DNA of 28,791 nucleotides from a virus (Duplodnaviria; Heunggongvirae; Uroviricota; Caudoviricetes): IMG/VR virus record IMGVR_UViG_2534682161_000017, positions 1 to 28,791 of that record; one strand, 5' to 3'. Shown piece by piece: positions 27,203 to 28,791 of this stretch (position 1 is its first letter; each line of letters starts with the position of its first letter). The notes under the pieces were generated by a model. It saw only the letters and a program-made list of their open reading frames with translations, ran no database searches and was not told where the DNA came from. The position numbers and the translations under genes were made by a program.

Positions 27203-28114
27203 ATGGACCAAACCACCGACATTCAGGCTTCTGAAGAATTAACCCTGCCCGGCAATCATGCAGCGGCATCTGCTGATGGCTTAGTTGTCGATAATGCCAA
27301 CGACAGCGCAGGTCAGGAAGAAGGCTTTGAGATTGTCCTGAAAGACGATGAGAAACCAAAACAAGACCCGGCAACTAATGCTGAATTTGCCCGTCGCCGC
27401 ATCGAACGCAAACGCCAGCGTGAGCTTGAGCAGCAGATGGAAGCGGTTAAGCGTGGAGAGTTGCCGGAGCACCTGCGGGTGAACCCTGAGTTACCAAAAC
27501 AACCAGACCCTAACGATTATCTTTCCGAAGATGCACTGGCTAAGTACGACTATGACCAGAGCCGCGCACTGGCTGCCTTCCAGCAGGCAAACAGTGAATG
27601 GCAGATCAAGGCCATGGACGCACGAAGCCAGGCTGTCGCCGAGCAGGGTCGCAAAACTCAGGAGTTCACCCAGCAATCAGCGCAATACGTCGAGGCAGCC
27701 CGTAAGCACTACGACGCAGCGGAAAAGCTCAATATCCCTGACTATCAGGAGAAAGAGGATGCATTCATGCAACTGGTGCCGCCAGCAGTCGGTGCCGACA
27801 TCATGCGCCTCTTCCCGGAGAAATCCGCTGCTCTCATGTATCACCTTGGTGCTAATCCTGAGAAAACACGCCAGTTACTGGCGATGGACGGGCAATCCGC
27901 GCTGATTGAACTCACTCGACTGTCAGAACGTTTAACTCTCAAGCCTCGAGCCAAGTCTGTTTCAGAAGCCCCGTTACCTGATGAACCCATTCAGGGACAC
28001 GCTGTTGCTGCAAATATCTCTGCGATTGAAAAGCAGATGGAAGCGGCAGCAAACAAAGGTGATGTAGAGACGTACCGCAAGCTTAAGGCGCAACTGAATA
28101 AAGGAATTCGATAA
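27203..28114 (+). CDS. Scaffolding protein, P22 gp8 type (303 aa)
   Basis: Acidic, helical protein of 303 aa (the P22 gp8 length), positioned between portal and coat. Confidence 0.85.
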   Translation: MDQTTDIQASEELTLPGNHAAASADGLVVDNANDSAGQEEGFEIVLKDDEKPKQDPATNAEFARRRIERKRQRELEQQMEAVKRGELPEHLRVNPELPKQPDPNDYLSEDALAKYDYDQSRALAAFQQANSEWQIKAMDARSQAVAEQGRKTQEFTQQSAQYVEAARKHYDAAEKLNIPDYQEKEDAFMQLVPPAVGADIMRLFPEKSAALMYHLGANPEKTRQLLAMDGQSALIELTRLSERLTLKPRAKSVSEAPLPDEPIQGHAVAANISAIEKQMEAAANKGDVETYRKLKAQLNKGIR

Positions 28115-28791
28115 TGGCATTAAATGAAGGTCAACTGGTCACATATGCTCTGGATGAAATCATCGAAACCGTCCAGAACCTGACGCCAATGGCGTCCAAA
28201 GTGACAAAATACACCCCTCCGGCAGAATCCATGCAACGTTCAAGCAACACCGTGTGGATGCCTGTTGAGCAGGAAGCGCCAACTCAGACAGGCTGGGATT
28301 TAACTGGCAACGCAACCGGGATTCTGGAACTCTCCGTGAAATGCAACATGGGCGATCCGGATAACGATTTCTTCGAGCTTCGTGCAGATGACCTGCGTGA
28401 TGAGCGTTCTTACCGTCGCCGCATCCAGGCATCCGCCAAAAAACTGGCGAATAACATTGAGTCAGCAATTGCCAAACAGGCAACCGAAATGGGCTCACTT
28501 GTTGTTCACGATACCCGCGCAATTGGTCCATCTACTGGCCTGTCTGGCTGGGATTTTGTGTCTGATGCAGAGCGCCTGATGTTCTCCCGTGAGCTAAACC
28601 GCGATATGGGCATCAGTTACTTCCTGAACCCTGACGATTACCGCAAAGCAGGCCGCAACCTGGTAGATGGTGACATCTTTGGGCGCGTTCCTGAAGAAGC
28701 GTATCGTAACGGTACTATTCAGCGTCAGATTGCTGGCTTTGATGAAATTCTTCGCTCACCGAAACTTCCGGCAGTTACCAAGTCAACCGCT
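28114..28791 (+). CDS. Major coat protein, P22 gp5 type (5' partial; continues beyond the window)
   Basis: [54 protein letters not shown]...[14 protein letters not shown]...[13 protein letters not shown] closely parallels P22 coat protein. No stop codon before the window end. Confidence 0.88.
   Translation, partial: MALNEGQLVTYALDEIIETVQNLTPMASKVTKYTPPAESMQRSSNTVWMPVEQEAPTQTGWDLTGNATGILELSVKCNMGDPDNDFFELRADDLRDERSYRRRIQASAKKLANNIESAIAKQATEMGSLVVHDTRAIGPSTGLSGWDFVSDAERLMFSRELNRDMGISYFLNPDDYRKAGRNLVDGDIFGRVPEEAYRNGTIQRQIAGFDEILRSPKLPAVTKSTA

Larger units (their letters stand above)
1331..28791. mobile_element. Mosaic lambdoid prophage (left end at attL; right end beyond the window)
   Basis: Continuous phage gene order: int-xis, early-left genes, N, cI, cro, cII, O-like, helicase, nin, Q, S, R, Rz, terminase, portal, scaffold, coat. 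No attR is present in the window. Confidence 0.9.

Noticed and set aside
1..28791. Scan for tRNA or rRNA genes
   Set aside because: No T-loop-like GGTTCGAATCC motif or cloverleaf-compatible segment was noticed in the intergenic regions; none reported.

Overview
The window is a chromosome-prophage junction followed by about 27.4 kb of a mosaic lambdoid prophage integrated at the lambda attachment site. It opens with the host gene ybhC (1..1284, minus strand), then attL with the lambda core GCTTTTTTATACTAA (1331..1345) and P' arm. Lambda-type int and xis follow, then a densely packed, translationally coupled leftward early operon (Rad52-like annealing protein, SSB, HNH-like protein, many small ORFs) in which an Ea22-like gene is split by a complete IS2 with a 5-bp GCGCC target duplication. 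The immunity region has an N-like antiterminator with nutL, a cI-type repressor, cro, and three-part operators built from 14-bp ATAAC-N4-GTTAT palindromes, plus a lambda-type cII. Replication is by an O-like initiator with internal iterons and an apparent frameshift, and a DnaB-family helicase. The nin region (ninB, ninE-like, ninF-like, an Rha/KilAC antirepressor, rusA, ninH-like) leads to lambda-type Q, pR', S, R, Rz/Rz1, and then P22-type packaging and head genes (small and large terminase, portal, scaffold, coat truncated at the window end). No tRNA, rRNA or CRISPR array was seen. All identifications are from reading the translations and DNA motifs against remembered family features; no database search was run. 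The most interesting candidates for undescribed function are two AT-rich accessory genes in the classic exclusion positions: a 98-aa membrane protein between cI and pL, and a 156-aa protein directly after N.
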